A DNA stretch of 64,000 nucleotides from Eledone cirrhosa (taxonomy: Eukaryota). The notes under the pieces were generated by a model. It was not told the DNA's origin. It ran no database searches and worked only from the letters and a program-made list of their open reading frames with translations. The position numbers and the translations under genes were made by a program. Location of the stretch: positions 362,700,001 to 362,764,000 of the forward strand of contig OZ024742.1 in the NCBI GenBank assembly GCA_964016885.1, in the 5' to 3' direction. The stretch's first letter is position 1, and each line of letters begins with the position of its first letter. This document shows positions 1 to 12,561 of this stretch, piece after piece.

Positions 1-105
1 ATATTGAAAAATACCACTTTTAGACTCAAATTTCAACTTTTTCGGCTCTAGCTCCCACATTAATCAACCTACTTTGTTCAAATTTATATATATATATATA
101 TATAA

Positions 106-1003
106 TATTAAGGATACTATTTATAGTTATGTATATTTTAAACTTTTTATAGTTATGTATATTTTAAACTTTTTATAGTTATGCATATTTTAAACCATAA
201 ACAGGGAAGGTCAGTAATATATTACTACCTTATTACCAGTAAGATACATAGCTCAATGTAATAACATCAGTTGTTCTACAGAGCAGTTATATAGAATTCA
301 CAAGAATCAAAGCTATGTTCAAAGCATTTATTCACTTACAATTGTTTCATCCAAACGTAGGCTTGGAATCTTCGGAGCATTTTTCAATCTTTGTACATAT
401 AATTGACCTACTATCCAACGCAAGAGACATACAGATACATATATATATATTGATGTACAGTGGAGTGACATATATTATACTATACTATATTTGTACAGCA
501 ATTCAAATTCAAAATCAAAATCAAAATTAAAATTAAAATTAAAATACATTCGGCAGATAACATAGACAATGCAAGAGGATAGTTTGATAGTCAGATTTAG
601 TAGGTAGTGTAGGCGTTAGTCACACATGGAGCATGCAAGTATGTCTCATTTACATACACACTTGCATACTCCATGTGTGACTAATGCATACACTACCTAC
701 TAGATCTGACTATCAAACTATCCTCTTGCATTGTCTGTGTTATCTGCCGAATGTATTTTAATTTTAATTTTAATTTTGATTTTGAATTTGAACTGCTGTA
801 CAAATATAGTATAGTATAATATATGTCACTCCACTGTACGTCAATATATATATATATGTATCTGCATGTCTCTTGCGTTGGATAGGAGGTCAATTATATG
901 TACAAACATTGAAAAATGCTCCGAAGATTCCAAGCCTACGTTTGGATGAAACAATTGTATGTGAATAAATGCTTTGAACATAACTTTGATTCTTGTGAAC
1001 TCT
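106..1003 (-). mobile_element. Fold-back solo pLTR of a Penelope-like (Naiad-like) family related to the 52.9-58.0 kb element; inverted arms ~295-645 and ~655-1003
   Basis: Near-perfect ~350-bp inverted repeat centred near 650; begins at (TA)n with the same terminus (tattaaggatactattta) as 50862 and 52901; hammerhead motif in both arms. Confidence 0.8.
917..963 (+). ncRNA. Minimal type-I hammerhead ribozyme motif, CCGAAGA core (mirror copy on - at 334-380)
   Basis: tgct-CCGAAGA-ttccaagc ctac gtttggat-GAAA-CAATTG-TA; palindromic stem III. Confidence 0.55.
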
Positions 1004-1040
1004 CTCTCCCTCTCTCTAGCTCTCTCTCTCTCTCTCTCTC

Positions 1041-1093
<53 letters not shown>

Positions 1094-1132
1094 ATATATA
1101 TATATATATATATAATTTATATATATATATAT

Positions 1133-4100
1133 AATATATGTTTCTTTTATTTGCCACTAGGGCATCAAAAGTGGGACAAGTACAAAGGGGGGAGTTTACA
1201 CAAAAAGGCGTCCTCAATAAGGAGGAGGCAATAACAAAATATAAAAATAAAATAAGATATAATAAAAAATAAAATTTATAACAAAATACTCAATAGAGAG
1301 GAGGCGCCTTGGGGGGGGTCGCACACACCCCCGAAAAAAGTGTGCAACCCTTCTCCTCAGGAGCACAGAGAAGGGGTGCTCCCTTGGTCTTTCATCTTCC
1401 TCACCTATAGTCTGATGTAGAGTGAAGGCCCATTCACACGGGCCATTCTCGCCACTTTCACCCATCTTTCATAGAAACGGCTGGGGTGCAGCACCTCTCT
1501 CTCCATCCTGATCCTTCTTCCGAAATGATAACGGAAGAAACGGACCAGTTGTTGGCCAGAGAGAAAGGTGCCTGACCTCAGTCCTTTCAGACGCGTCCAC
1601 CATACAACCTCTTTCGCCATGGCTATTACGCACAGAAACACCGCCTCTGCTTCATCTTTGAAGGGGGGAGGCGGCTTGATCATTACAATAGACTCGGTGG
1701 TCAACCGGATCGGTCCCGCCCTTGACAGCAGTTGTTCGACATAGCCCCACAGATCGGCTACGCCCGAGCTGTGTACCAATGCGTGTGCAACGGTTTCCTC
1801 GTCGCACACGCATCTGGGACAGATCTTTTTGGCGGGGTCCCTACCCGGGCGCCCGTGTCTGTAGAGCCTTTCTCGAACGGGTAAAGCCCCTCGGTAGCAC
1901 TGCCAGGCCAGGGACTTCTGGAAGTTGTCCATAGGTCCCGGGCTGAATGTCCTACCGAACAGGCTGGCCAGTTCGTCCTCCTCCATGTCTAGGGCTTCTC
2001 CGAGGGCGTCGTCGCACCTGCTGCGTACCAGCCCTCTATAGAATGTTGCGGTGGAGTCTCCACTGATAACCGGATCCGCCTGCCAGAGGGCGGTGAGCGC
2101 CTGGGCACACTCAGTGTGCCAGGCGCCCAGTTTTCTCGGTCTTTGCTTGACCCAGGATTGCAGCTCGGTGAGTGAGACGAGTCTGGGAAAGGTTCGTCTC
2201 ACAAACGAGGCCCACACCGGTTGTCCGGTGAGGAATACGTAGAGGTGCCGTAGCCTTAATGCGTGTTTACGCATCATTAGCCACGGCATCCCCAGCCCTC
2301 CTTTCGAAGGGTGTTGACAGCAGATGGATCTCCTCACCATAGGAGCCCGCCTCTTCCAAAGGAATTGGAAGAGCGCGCGCTCCATCTTGGTGAGGGTTTC
2401 CCTTGGGCAGGGCACTACGGTCAGGCGGTAGTAGATGACGGACGCTATGTAGGTGTTCGCCACCTCCGCCCGACCTTTCAGGGATAGTTTGCAACTGGCC
2501 CACTTCTGGGTCAGTGCAAACGCCCTGTTCGTAACCTCCGCCCAGTTTTTCTCCACCTGGAGGTCCGGTCCGAACCAGACCCCGAGCAACTTCACCGGGC
2601 CCTCCGTCCAGCGTCCGACGACGCCATCGGAGGGCATCGGTCTACCCCTCCACGTGCCAAGTTGCAAACCGATCGACTTGTCCCGGTTCAGCTTAGCCCC
2701 TGTGAACTTTTCGTACTCCTCCAGTAAGGTGCCGACCGCCTCGATTTCGGAGGCCGTCGACACCATTACTGTCACGTCATCGGCGTAGGCCGACACCGCT
2801 TTCCGCAATCCCGGTTCCAAAGGGATGCCCTGCAACAACTCCAACTTCCGCAGTAGTGGCTCGAGAGTCAACACATACAGAAGGGAGGAGAGAGGGCACC
2901 CTTGTCGGATGGACCGCGCGATTTTGAACGGCTCCGAGAGGTAGCCGTTCATCTTGACCCTAGAGCAGATGCGGCTGCTGTGCATAGCAGTGATCCAGCC
3001 CCTGAAAACGGGTCCGAAGCTTGCCGCCGCTAGCACCGCATCCAGGTAACCATGGTCGACCCTATCGAACGCCTTAGATTGATCCAAGTTGATCAGAGCC
3101 CCACCAAAGCCGGGTTCGTTCCCAACCCTCTCTATGATGTATCGCATGAGGTGGAGGTTGTCATGGATGGACCTGGACGGGATAGCGCATGTCTGCGCAT
3201 CTCCCACCAGGTTGCCCACGACAAGCGCCAACCTCTTTGCTAGCACCTTGGCCAAAATCTGTAACTCTGTATTTAGCAGAGTTATGGGCCTGAAGTTACT
3301 TATTTCGTCCCCCTTTTTCTCGTCCTTCATCACTAGCGTGACTACGCCCTTGGTCACAGTACAGGGAATTCTCCCGTTCTGTTGCCAGTTGCAGTAGACC
3401 GCCTCGAGGAGATCGGGGAACAAGTCCGGCATAGCTAGTTATAATTCGTAAGGAAGACCATCGAGACCCGGGGATTTGCGTTTGCCGCATTGGCTCAGCA
3501 CGTCCTCTATCTCAGCGGCCGAGATCGGCTCCTCGCAGGACTTCGCCTCCCTGTCCGAGAGGCGCGACAGGCCGTCGAGGTATGGACCGAAGTCCACGTT
3601 CCCAACCGGCTCCCCACCCCTCCCGAACAGTCGGGCAAAGTGCCTTTGAAAGGCCTCACACATCTGCTTAGGCTCAAGAATCGCCTGTCCATCCAGGTCT
3701 CGCAAAGACCGGATGGTGGATTTAGTTCCACTGTTGGCCTCTGTCACGCAGGCCCAGCTAACAGCTTTGGTCCCCTCGTTCCCTAGAGCACGTATTTTAC
3801 TTCGGACAACGCAGCCTTCGTGCTTCGCGTCAAAAAACTGGCTCAAAGCCGTTCTCGACGCTAGCACTTTGGCCACGTCGCCGCTTCTAATTGCCTCTTC
3901 TACTCCATCTATTAGCTCCCTTTCCTTCCTATTCCTATCCGCAGCTAGAACCTTACTAAATTCTATCGAGACTACTCTAATCTCTCTCTTTAGAGATACC
4001 CACCACCTGCTGTTGACGATCGCTCCAGTCAACCGTTCCTTAACTAACGTACTAATCCGATTCCTGTAGGCTCTACTTGCCGGCAAGGACAAGTTGAGCT

Positions 4101-5005
4101 TCCAGTAACCGGGGCCCTGTCTATGAGTTCTGTCAAGGTTGACCATGCAGGTCACTAATTTGTGGTCTGAATAGCCAACCATGCGCATTTTTGGACAACT
4201 TAAAAAGTCCTTATCCTTAATTCTAACTAAGAACCTATCTAGGTACGACCTAGATGATCCGCTACGATTTGCCCAAGTCCAGGTTAGCGCAGTCGGAAAA
4301 TCTAGTCGATATCTATCGGCCAGGTCAAATCGATGTACCATCTGTGTTGCGCGACCCAGATGTTTTTGCAGCAGAACGACAACTCCACCCCCACCTCCGG
4401 GCTGACAGAGAGATGCGTGCATCTCAAAGTCATCAAAGGTGGGGGCCAGCTGTCGCACGTTGCTGATCCGGGCCTCGCAAATAACCATCACATCTATACG
4501 TTGTGACCTGAGGTCATTTAGAAGCATTGCTTGCTTCCAAGTTGAGCCCAGGCCACGCGCATTTAAACAGCCTACTCTTAGCATAGCCATGTTGGTGGTG
4601 AAGAGAAAAGGCACTTACCTCTCTGCGTCCCGGGTATCGGGCTGCACAATTTCCATTAGGGTGGGGAATGGGTTGTTGGGTGGGGTGGTGGTTTGTGGAA
4701 GTGTGGAGGCATCAATGTGTTGTGTGGCTGGGGAGCTTGGAGTTGTGTGGGTGTTTGGGGAGGGGGTGGGATAGTTTTTTAGGAGGACGCGGTTAATGGG
4801 CCCGACGCAGGGGGGACCCACGTCCTCTTTAAAATTGTTTTTTAAAGTTTTATAGGTGTCCTGTGGGGCCTTAATCATTTTGAGGTGGGGGAAATCCCCT
4901 GCCTGGGTGAAGTTAGGCCCTTGTGTTTTTATTAGATTGTTGTTGTACACAATGTTTAACAGTTTTTTGTTTCTTGTATTTATGTATGTGTATGCATGTT
5001 TTTGT
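1133..5005 (-). mobile_element. 5'-truncated, degenerate L1/Tx1-clade LINE
   Basis: ORF2 is homologous to 24738-28157; the ORF1 C-terminus (INTRNKKLLNIV) matches INTHNKKLMTYI of the intact copy; the 3' end runs into (TA)n near 1130. Confidence 0.9.
1405..4590 (-). pseudogene. Tx1 ORF2 (APE endonuclease, RT, C-terminal Zn-finger), disrupted
   Basis: LNARGL, KSPGLDGLPYE, DQSKAFDRV, RQGCPLS, YADD, CPRC..ETVAHAL; in-frame TAA at 3439-3441 and a large internal deletion in the endonuclease relative to the intact copy. Confidence 0.9.
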
Positions 5006-5884
5006 TTTAATGTATAAAAATCAATACAATATAATTACCTCATTACTAGAGGTTTCCCGAATGAGGCGAAAACGAAATAAACGACTTCATTCGTTCGTCA
5101 GACGAGGCAATATAAAACATGGGCAAATACTTAGAAAAACACATCAAGAAAATCAAAAAAAGATATAGATAAATGAAATAGAAATTGAAATATATAAAAA
5201 TCTATCAAGAAGTATAGTTAGGTGTGTGTATATGTATGTATATACGCTCACAGATGTGCATATATGTATATGTGCACATGTAAATGTATAGTGAGAAAGT
5301 GTGCGTAATTCTAAAATATGTATCTATATGTCTGTATTATACAGACAGAAATGGTTACATCGTAAATATATGAATATGAAAGCGCGCGCATAAAACGCTT
5401 GGACACTCGTACACTTAGATGCGGAAAGAAAGGAGGTAAAGGGAGTGTAATAATTAAAAGAAAAGTATCAGTCTCGATATATTTATAAAAATATAATAAC
5501 GATAAATTAGAAAGAAAAGATATTAGAAAGAAAAAATTAAAGAAAACAAAAAAGGGTGGGTACATACATACACAGACACGCGTGTCTCACAAAAGAAATA
5601 TAAAAATAATTATACTTATATACACACGCGGTCTTACACTTCCATACGTTCGATACGTACATACACACACACACACACACATACTTATACTCACGCATAT
5701 AAACCTGTTTGCATGCCCACGTATGAAACTGAGTAAGTAAAAAAAGAGGGAAGGGGGGGGGGAGAAGAAAAAAGGAACAAAACATAAAACCGAGATGTCA
5801 AAAACACGGATATAAAGACACGTACACATACGCATAATATATACATACACACACACACAAACACCTGTACACACACATATACAT

Positions 5885-5915
<31 letters not shown>

Positions 5916-6047
5916 CATACACGCACGCGCGCGCACTTACGTAGTCACTCATGTACATATATAAAAAGTATACACACATTAAGGCGTTTAGCCATATTGA
6001 AATGTGGATAAATAAGTACAAATATAAAATTGTAAGATAGGCTGCGC

Positions 6048-6050
6048 AAA

Positions 6051-6081
<31 letters not shown>

Positions 6082-6245
6082 TAAAAATAAAAATAAAAAT
6101 AAAAATAAAAATAAAAATAAAAATAAAAATAAAAATAAAAATAAAAATAAAAATAAAAATAAAAATAAAAATAAAAATAAAAATAAAAATAAAAATAAAA
6201 ATAAAAATAAAAATAAAAATAAAAATAAAAATAAAAATAAAAATG
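6048..6245. repeat. (AAAAAT)n hexamer array, ~33 copies
   Basis: Direct reading; the counterpart in the other arm (~9146-9180) has only ~5-6 units. Confidence 0.95.
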
Positions 6246-6898
6246 AAAAATATATCTGGATTGAAAAACACAAAAGATAAGTGTAATCAGTTAGTGGAGG
6301 AAAAGGGGAAGTAAAAGAAGGGGAAGTAAAAAATAGAAAATAGGAAGTGGATCGGAGAATAAAGGGGGTGGGGGGATGTGAAGTAAAAATAAATAAAAGT
6401 GAAAATAAATGAAATTATTGACAAGGATAAAAATGAAAGTAAGTCAGAAAGGGTAATTAAAAAGAGAATAATAAGAGTTTATGGAGGATAAGTATCTGAA
6501 AGTGTGTTAAGTTTATATGAGCTGGAAAGCAGGTGTGATTTCATGTGTGGGCAACTGGTGAAATTTCCGTCTTTGTGTTCAGGCAGGTCTTTGGTGATTT
6601 AAGATTTTGCAATATCCAAAATTTTTCATTTATGCAGAGCGTGCATTTTCTTGTTCCTCTAGCATATTTTTTAGATTGGTTCAAAATTGACCAATCTAGT
6701 TTATATTGGATGCCTTGGTCTTTCAAATCCCAAATTCTGCTAGCCAGAGCTGTTGTAAATCTTTTTTCTGGATGTCGAAAGGATGCGACATGTGAGTAAT
6801 AACGCGTTTTGAATCTGTCTTGCGTCATACCCACATATCGTTCACTGGTGGCTGGATGGTTGTTGCTGATGGTTGTCACTTTAGCCGCATATACAAAA

Positions 6899-8854
6899 GC
6901 TTTGATTCTCGATGGTCAATTTAACACGGATTCTACGGAATATTTTGACATCAAAACTCACAAATACCCGCAAAGAGTAAAAGATATGACCGCCTTTGAA
7001 TTAGACCTAGTTAACCTTATCAACAACATCAATTTTCGTAAGTACTCTAACCCCTTTCAATCTAAATTATCTAATGATATTTCTACTTTCAAATCTTCTA
7101 ATAATAAGTTCATCTTCTCAGATAAAACTAAAAACCTATATGAAGTTAATAATAATTTACACGACCAACTATTAATAGATAATATCACCTCTAAATACCA
7201 AATAGCTAATATAAATACGTACCATAATATAAATAAGGAAGCTAAAGAATTAGCTGTTTCTTTAAAAATAGATAATAGGACAGAAAAACTTGCTAAACGT
7301 TCTGCGTATATCACCCTTAAAGATCATAAACCCGACTTTATTAATCGCCCTAGTTGTAGATTAATCAACCCTGCTAAGACTGATATTGGTCTTGCCAGCA
7401 ACAAATTTTTAAATAAATTAAATACACACATTAGAAGTAAGTCTAAATTACTCCAATGGATAAATAGCTCTTCCGTAGTACATTGGTTTAATAATATTAA
7501 AAACAAAATCAGTTCTAGATTCACCCAATTTGACATCGTAGACTTCTACCCATCTATTACTCAGACCCTTTTAGTGAAAGCTTTAAATTTCGCTAGAGGG
7601 TTCACTAATATCTCCGATATTGAAGAGAATGTCATCTTGCATGCTAGGAACACTCTACTTTTTAATGATGACACTTGGGTAAAAATATCTAACCCAGAGA
7701 ACCCATTCAATGTCTCAATGGGCTCTTATGACAGTGCCGAGGTTTGTGATCTGGTCGGCCTATTCCTCTTACATACACTTAAAGAAAAATTTCCTAACCA
7801 TATTTTTGGGCTTTATCGCGATGATGGTCTAATACTTTCCCATACCACCATAGGCCATAACTTAGATAGATTAAGGAAAGACTTAATAAAAACCTTCGCT
7901 AGTTTTAATCTTAAAATTACTATTGACACTAACCTTTCCAACGTAGATTTCCTAGATATAAACCTAGATTTGCCTACTGCTTCTTATAAACCATACCATA
8001 AACCTAATGAAAACTTAAAATATATAAATAAAGGATCTTGCCATCCACCTATAGTTTTTAAAAACCTTATCCCTAATATTAGCCGTAGGATCTCCACCCT
8101 CTCTTCATCAGAAGCTATTTTTAATAAGGCATCCCCCTACTATAATAAAGCCCTCCAAAATAGCGGCTTTAGCGAACCGATTAAATACATACCTAACTAC
8201 ACTAACTCTATTAAACATAAAAATAGGAAAAGAAAAATAATCTGGTTCACACCCCCCTACTCTCTAGCAGTTAAAACTAATGTAGGCAAAACATTCCTAG
8301 AACTCCTAGATAAACATTTCCATAGAACACATAGATACTATAAGATCTTTAACAGAAACTGTGTTAAAATTAGCTATTCCTGCGGTCCCCCTATTAAGTC
8401 CTATATCTTCAACAAAATATCACCTAGAGAAAATCAAACTTGCTCCTGTAGAATCAAAAGTGAATGCCCATTACAAGGTAAATGCAACACCAAAGCCATT
8501 GTATATGCGGCTAAAGTGACAACCATCAGCAACAACCATCCAGCCACCAGTGAACGATATGTGGGTATGACGCAAGACAGATTCAAAACGCGTTATTACT
8601 CACATGTCGCATCCTTTCGACATCCAGAAAAAAGATTTACAACAGCTCTGGCTAGCAGAATTTGGGATTTGAAAGACCAAGGCATCCAATATAAACTAGA
8701 TTGGTCAATTTTGAACCAATCTAAAAAATATGCTAGAGGAACAAGAAAATGCACGCTCTGCATAAATGAAAAATTTTGGATATTGCAAAATCTTAAATCA
8801 CCAAAGACCTGCCTGAACACAAAGACGGAATTTTCACCAGTTGCCCACACATGA
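6899..8854 (+). CDS. PLE reverse transcriptase + GIY-YIG endonuclease, N-terminally truncated (first ~30 aa of the track ORF come from the inverted arm)
   Basis: QFDIVDFYPSI, MGSYDSAEVCDLVG, GLYRDDGL, RKIIWFTPPYS, CSCRIKSECPLQGKC, AIVY...YVGMT...FKTRYYSH, CTLCINEK. Confidence 0.92.
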   Translation, partial: ALILDGQFNTDSTEYFDIKTHKYPQRVKDMTAFELDLVNLINNINFRKYSNPFQSKLSNDISTFKSSNNKFIFSDKTKNLYEVNNNLHDQLLIDNITSKYQIANINTYHNINKEAKELAVSLKIDNRTEKLAKRSAYITLKDHKPDFINRPSCRLINPAKTDIGLASNKFLNKLNTHIRSKSKLLQWINSSSVVHWFNNIKNKISSRFTQFDIVDFYPSITQTLLVKALNFARGFTNISDIEENVILHARNTLLFNDDTWVKISNPENPFNVSMGSYDSAEVCDLVGLFLLHTLKEKFPNHIFGLYRDDGLILSHTTIGHNLDRLRKDLIKTFASFNLKITIDTNLSNVDFLDINLDLPTASYKPYHKPNENLKYINKGSCHPPIVFKNLIPNISRRISTLSSSEAIFNKASPYYNKALQNSGFSEPIKYIPNYTNSIKHKNRKRKIIWFTPPYSLAVKTNVGKTFLELLDKHFHRTHRYYKIFNRNCVKISYSCGPPIKSYIFNKISPRENQTCSCRIKSECPLQGKCNTKAIVYAAKVTTISNNHPATSERYVGMTQDRFKTRYYSHVASFRHPEKRFTTALASRIWDLKDQGIQYKLDWSILNQSKKYARGTRKCTLCINEKFWILQNLKSPKTCLNTKTEFSPVAHT

Positions 8855-9147
8855 AATCACACCTGCTTTCCAGCTCATATAAACTTAACACACTTTCAGA
8901 TACTTATCCTCCATAAACTCTTATTATTCTCTTTTTAATTACCCTTTCTGACTTACTTTCATTTTTATCCTTGTCAATAATTTCATTTATTTTCACTTTT
9001 ATTTATTTTTACTTCACCCCCCCCCCCTTTATTCTCCGATCCACTTCCTACTTTCTATTTTTTACTTCCCCTTCTTTTACTTCCCTTTTTCCTCCACTAA
9101 CTGAATTAACTTGTCTTTTGTGTTTTTCAATCCAGATATATTTTTCA

Positions 9148-9178
<31 letters not shown>

Positions 9179-9319
9179 TTTGTGCAGCCTATCTTACAAT
9201 TTTATATTTGTACTTATTTATCCACATTTCAATATGGCTGAACGCCTTAATGTGTGTATACTTTTTATATATGTACATGAGTGACTACGTATGTGCGCGC
9301 GCGTGCGTGTATGTATATG

Positions 9320-9372
<53 letters not shown>

Positions 9373-10147
9373 ATGTATATGTGTGTGTACAGGTGTTTGT
9401 GTGTGTGTGTATGTATATATTATGCGTATGTGTACGTGTCTTTATATCCGTGTTTTTGACATCTCGGTTTTATGTTTTGTTCCTTTTTTCTTCTCCCCCC
9501 CCCTTCCCTCTTTTTTTACTTACTCAGTTTCATACGTGGGCATGCAAACAGGTTTATATGCGTGAGTATAAGTATGTGTGTGTGTGTGTATGTACGTATC
9601 GAACGTATGGAAGTGTAAGACCGCGTGTGTATATAAGTATAATTATTTTTATATTTCTTTTGTGAGACACGCGTGTCTGTGTATGTATGTACCCACCCTT
9701 TTTTTGTTTTCTTTAATTTTTTCTTTCTAATATCTTTTCTTTCTAATTTATCGTTATTATATTTTTATAAATATATCGAGACTGATACTTTTCTTTTAAT
9801 TATTACACTCCCTTTACCTCCTTTCTTTCCGCATCTAAGTGTACGAGTGTCCAAGCGTTTTATGCGCGCGCTTTCATATTCATATATTTACGATGTAACC
9901 ATTTCTGTCTGTATAATACAGACATATAGATACATATTTTAGAATTACGCACACTTTCTCACTATACATTTACATGTGCACATATACATATATGCACATC
10001 TGTGAGCGTATATACATACATATACACACACCTAACTATACTTCTTGATAGATTTTTATATATTTCAATTTCTATTTCATTTATCTATATCTTTTTTTGA
10101 TTTTCTTGATGTGTTTTTCTAAGTATTTGCCCATGTTTTATATTGCC

Positions 10148-10222
10148 TCGTCTGACGAACGAATGAAGTCGTTTATTTCGTATTCGCCTCATTCGGGAAA
10201 CCTCTGGTAATGAGGTAATTAT
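10148..10222 (+). ncRNA. Type-I hammerhead ribozyme motif in PLE 3' pLTR (mirror copy on - at 5033-5105)
   Basis: CTGACGA (10152-58), stem II cgaatga...tcattcg, GAAA (10197-200), stem III cctc/gagg, predicted cleavage after GTA at 10217; stem I is weak. Confidence 0.6.
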
Positions 10223-10363
10223 ATTGTATTGATTTTTATACATTAAATTTTGCTCTGATACTTACATAGAGCACTCTTCATTTCTATGACCTTTTCTGTT
10301 TCCAACGGAAATTTCAATACTTATATATAATATATATATATATAATTCATATATATATATATA

Positions 10364-10429
<66 letters not shown>

Positions 10430-10449
10430 ATTTATATATATATTTATAA

Positions 10450-10485
<36 letters not shown>

Positions 10486-10516
10486 TTATATATATATATA
10501 TAAATTTATATATATA

Positions 10517-10865
10517 ATGTAGGTATGGACATAGAATAAAAATGCAAATGCAAAAGATATTGTTGACAATTAGTCTTTTACCTTAGATTTATTTAAATGT
10601 CCTTAATTTTCGAGATAATATCTCTTCTTCGGAGGGAAGTGAAGCGGTTAAACCAGTGTTCTAAATAGCTTGCCAAGTCACGAAGAAGAGATATTATCTC
10701 GAAAATTAAGGACATTTAAATAAATCTAAGGTAAAAGACTAATTGTCAACAATACCTTTTGCATTTGCATTTCTATTCTATGTCCATACCTGCATTGTTT
10801 GGCTTTACAAATTCAAACGTTTATACCTCATTACACAATGCTTCAAGTGAACTATAACTTCCTCC

Positions 10866-10869
<4 letters not shown>
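10517..10869 (+). mobile_element. Short fold-back PLE pLTR remnant between (TA)n tracts
   Basis: Arms ~10517-10631 / 10681-10796 plus unpaired tail; hammerhead-like CCT-CCGAAGA-agagat att atctc-GAAAATTA-AGG on - at 10601-10635. Confidence 0.7.
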
Positions 10870-10911
<42 letters not shown>

Positions 10912-10917
<6 letters not shown>

Positions 10918-11410
10918 AATGAATAATAACAGGTAGGCATCATAAAAAGGTAATTTATTCCGAGTGCTTACAAATGTTTCAACAGTAGTTATACAGCCTA
11001 GTCATGCTATGTGCAAATTGGTAATTATTTGTTTGCAGAAACTCAATTTTCAAATGCTGCTTCTATCGTTTCAATTTTCAAATGCTGCTTCGAAACGGTA
11101 GAAGCAGCATTTGAAAATTGAGTTTCTGCAAACAAATAATTACCAATTTGCACATAGCATGACTAGGCTGTATAACTACTGTTGAAACATTCGTAAGCAC
11201 TCGAATAAATTACCTTTTTATGATGTCTACCTGTTATTATTCATTCTTTATCTACACTCCGGAATGCAGAAGGATCAGAAACTGAGTTTCTTCAACTGTT
11301 CTTCCATAACTCGGTGAGTAACCCCTCACCGTACGTCAACTCTATCTAGTGTAGTAATTAACCATTACTGCATTCATGATAATCATAAGCATTTCTTGCA
11401 TAACCTAATA
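10912..11410 (+). mobile_element. Short fold-back element between (TA)n tracts, probable PLE pLTR remnant
   Basis: Arms ~10912-11072 / 11091-11251 plus ~160-bp tail. Confidence 0.65.
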
Positions 11411-11415
11411 AATAA

Positions 11416-11453
<38 letters not shown>

Positions 11454-11659
11454 AATGAATGAATTATTTGGTTTGTTGATTATTCAGCAAAGTTAATTTA
11501 CACTAGCAGTAGTGATATGACAAGGAATGATACGAAAAGGTTGGAGTTACCCTAGTTGCAGCCCTATAGCAACATCAAATATGATGGTAAGAAATAGTGA
11601 AATCATGATAATAGGGCTCACATTAAGAACATATTAAAGACGGCAGAGGATGATACAGA

Positions 11660-12360
11660 GTGGATGTTTGTGTATAATACAATTTATAAAAGTGACTAAG
11701 AAAATAAACAGTGAACAAAACAAACATAACAAATTCCCAAAATGTATGGAGACTCCAAGTTCACTCGTGGATAAATTCCACAAAAAGCGTACGTCACCCT
11801 GTCCGTTAGGGCAAAGTGCCCTTTCCCAGTTTTTCTCCTCCAATCTACAGGTGTATACTCAAGGCAGGCCCACTAACACGGACCATGCTCATCCCTCTCA
11901 CCAACCTTTTAACAAACTAGTTGGAATGCAGCACTTCCCTCTTCATCCTGATTTTCCTTTTCAAATGAAGCCTAAAAAGGATAATCAGGGCTCACTTGAA
12001 GAGGAAAGTTATTAGCTAGAACCACTTGAAACGCGTCCACCACACGCCCACTTTCGCCATGGCCACCCGGTAGATAACAACTGCCTTCCTTTTCCTCTAA
12101 AAGGATGACGGTGAGACGATGTACACAATGGACTTAGTTGATAGTCGGATCCGCCCTACACGTGACAGCCGGTGCAGACATAAACTGACAGGTCAGCAAT
12201 AATCTGACAATGTGTGTCAGCAATAAGTGCGTGTACTACGGTTTCGTCACCCTGCGGATGGACAAGCATAGTGGACTGTAGAGCTTATCTAAAACTGACA
12301 AAGCTCTTCAGTGGCTCTGCCAGGCCAGGGACTTCTAGACCGAAAGTCCTCTGGAAAATC
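11660..12360 (-). mobile_element. Degenerate Tx1 3' fragment
   Basis: Similar to the ORF2 C-terminus and 3' UTR of the other Tx1 copies (gccaggccagggacttct; acgcgtccaccac; tttcgccatggc). Confidence 0.75.
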
Positions 12361-12377
12361 TCCTTATAATCTATAAT

Positions 12378-12561
12378 TGTTTCTACATTAGGCACAAGGC
12401 CAGCAATCACCCAGTGCATTACTGGTACTTTATTTTATCGACTTCGTAAGGATGAAAGGCAAAGTCAACCTCGGCGGGATTTGAACTCAGATCGTAAAGG
12501 GACGTAACTATGCTGGAAAGCATGGCGTCCGACCCTCTACCGATACTGCCAATCCATCGCC
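12378..12561 (-). mobile_element. tRNA-derived SINE with target-site duplication
   Basis: B-box GTTCAAATCC on -, GCCTTTCATCC..TCGATAAAATAAAGTACCAG core; TSD ttataatctataat at 12364-12377 and 12562-12575. Confidence 0.8.

Larger units (their letters stand above)
5006..10320 (+). mobile_element. Penelope-like element (Naiad-like), 5'-truncated, with ~1.9-kb inverted duplication of its 3' end at the 5' side
   Basis: 5006-~6900 is the reverse complement of ~8495-10247; RT + GIY-YIG ORF; hammerhead in the 3' pLTR; ends in (TA)n. Confidence 0.92.

Noticed and set aside
5587-6273. Long low-complexity ORFs (FL/FI/YI/CV/SL repeats) here and throughout the track
   Set aside because: They are translations of microsatellites.
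6809-6898. N-terminus of the 681-aa track ORF
   Set aside because: It is the antisense strand of the inverted endonuclease copy and is open only by chance.
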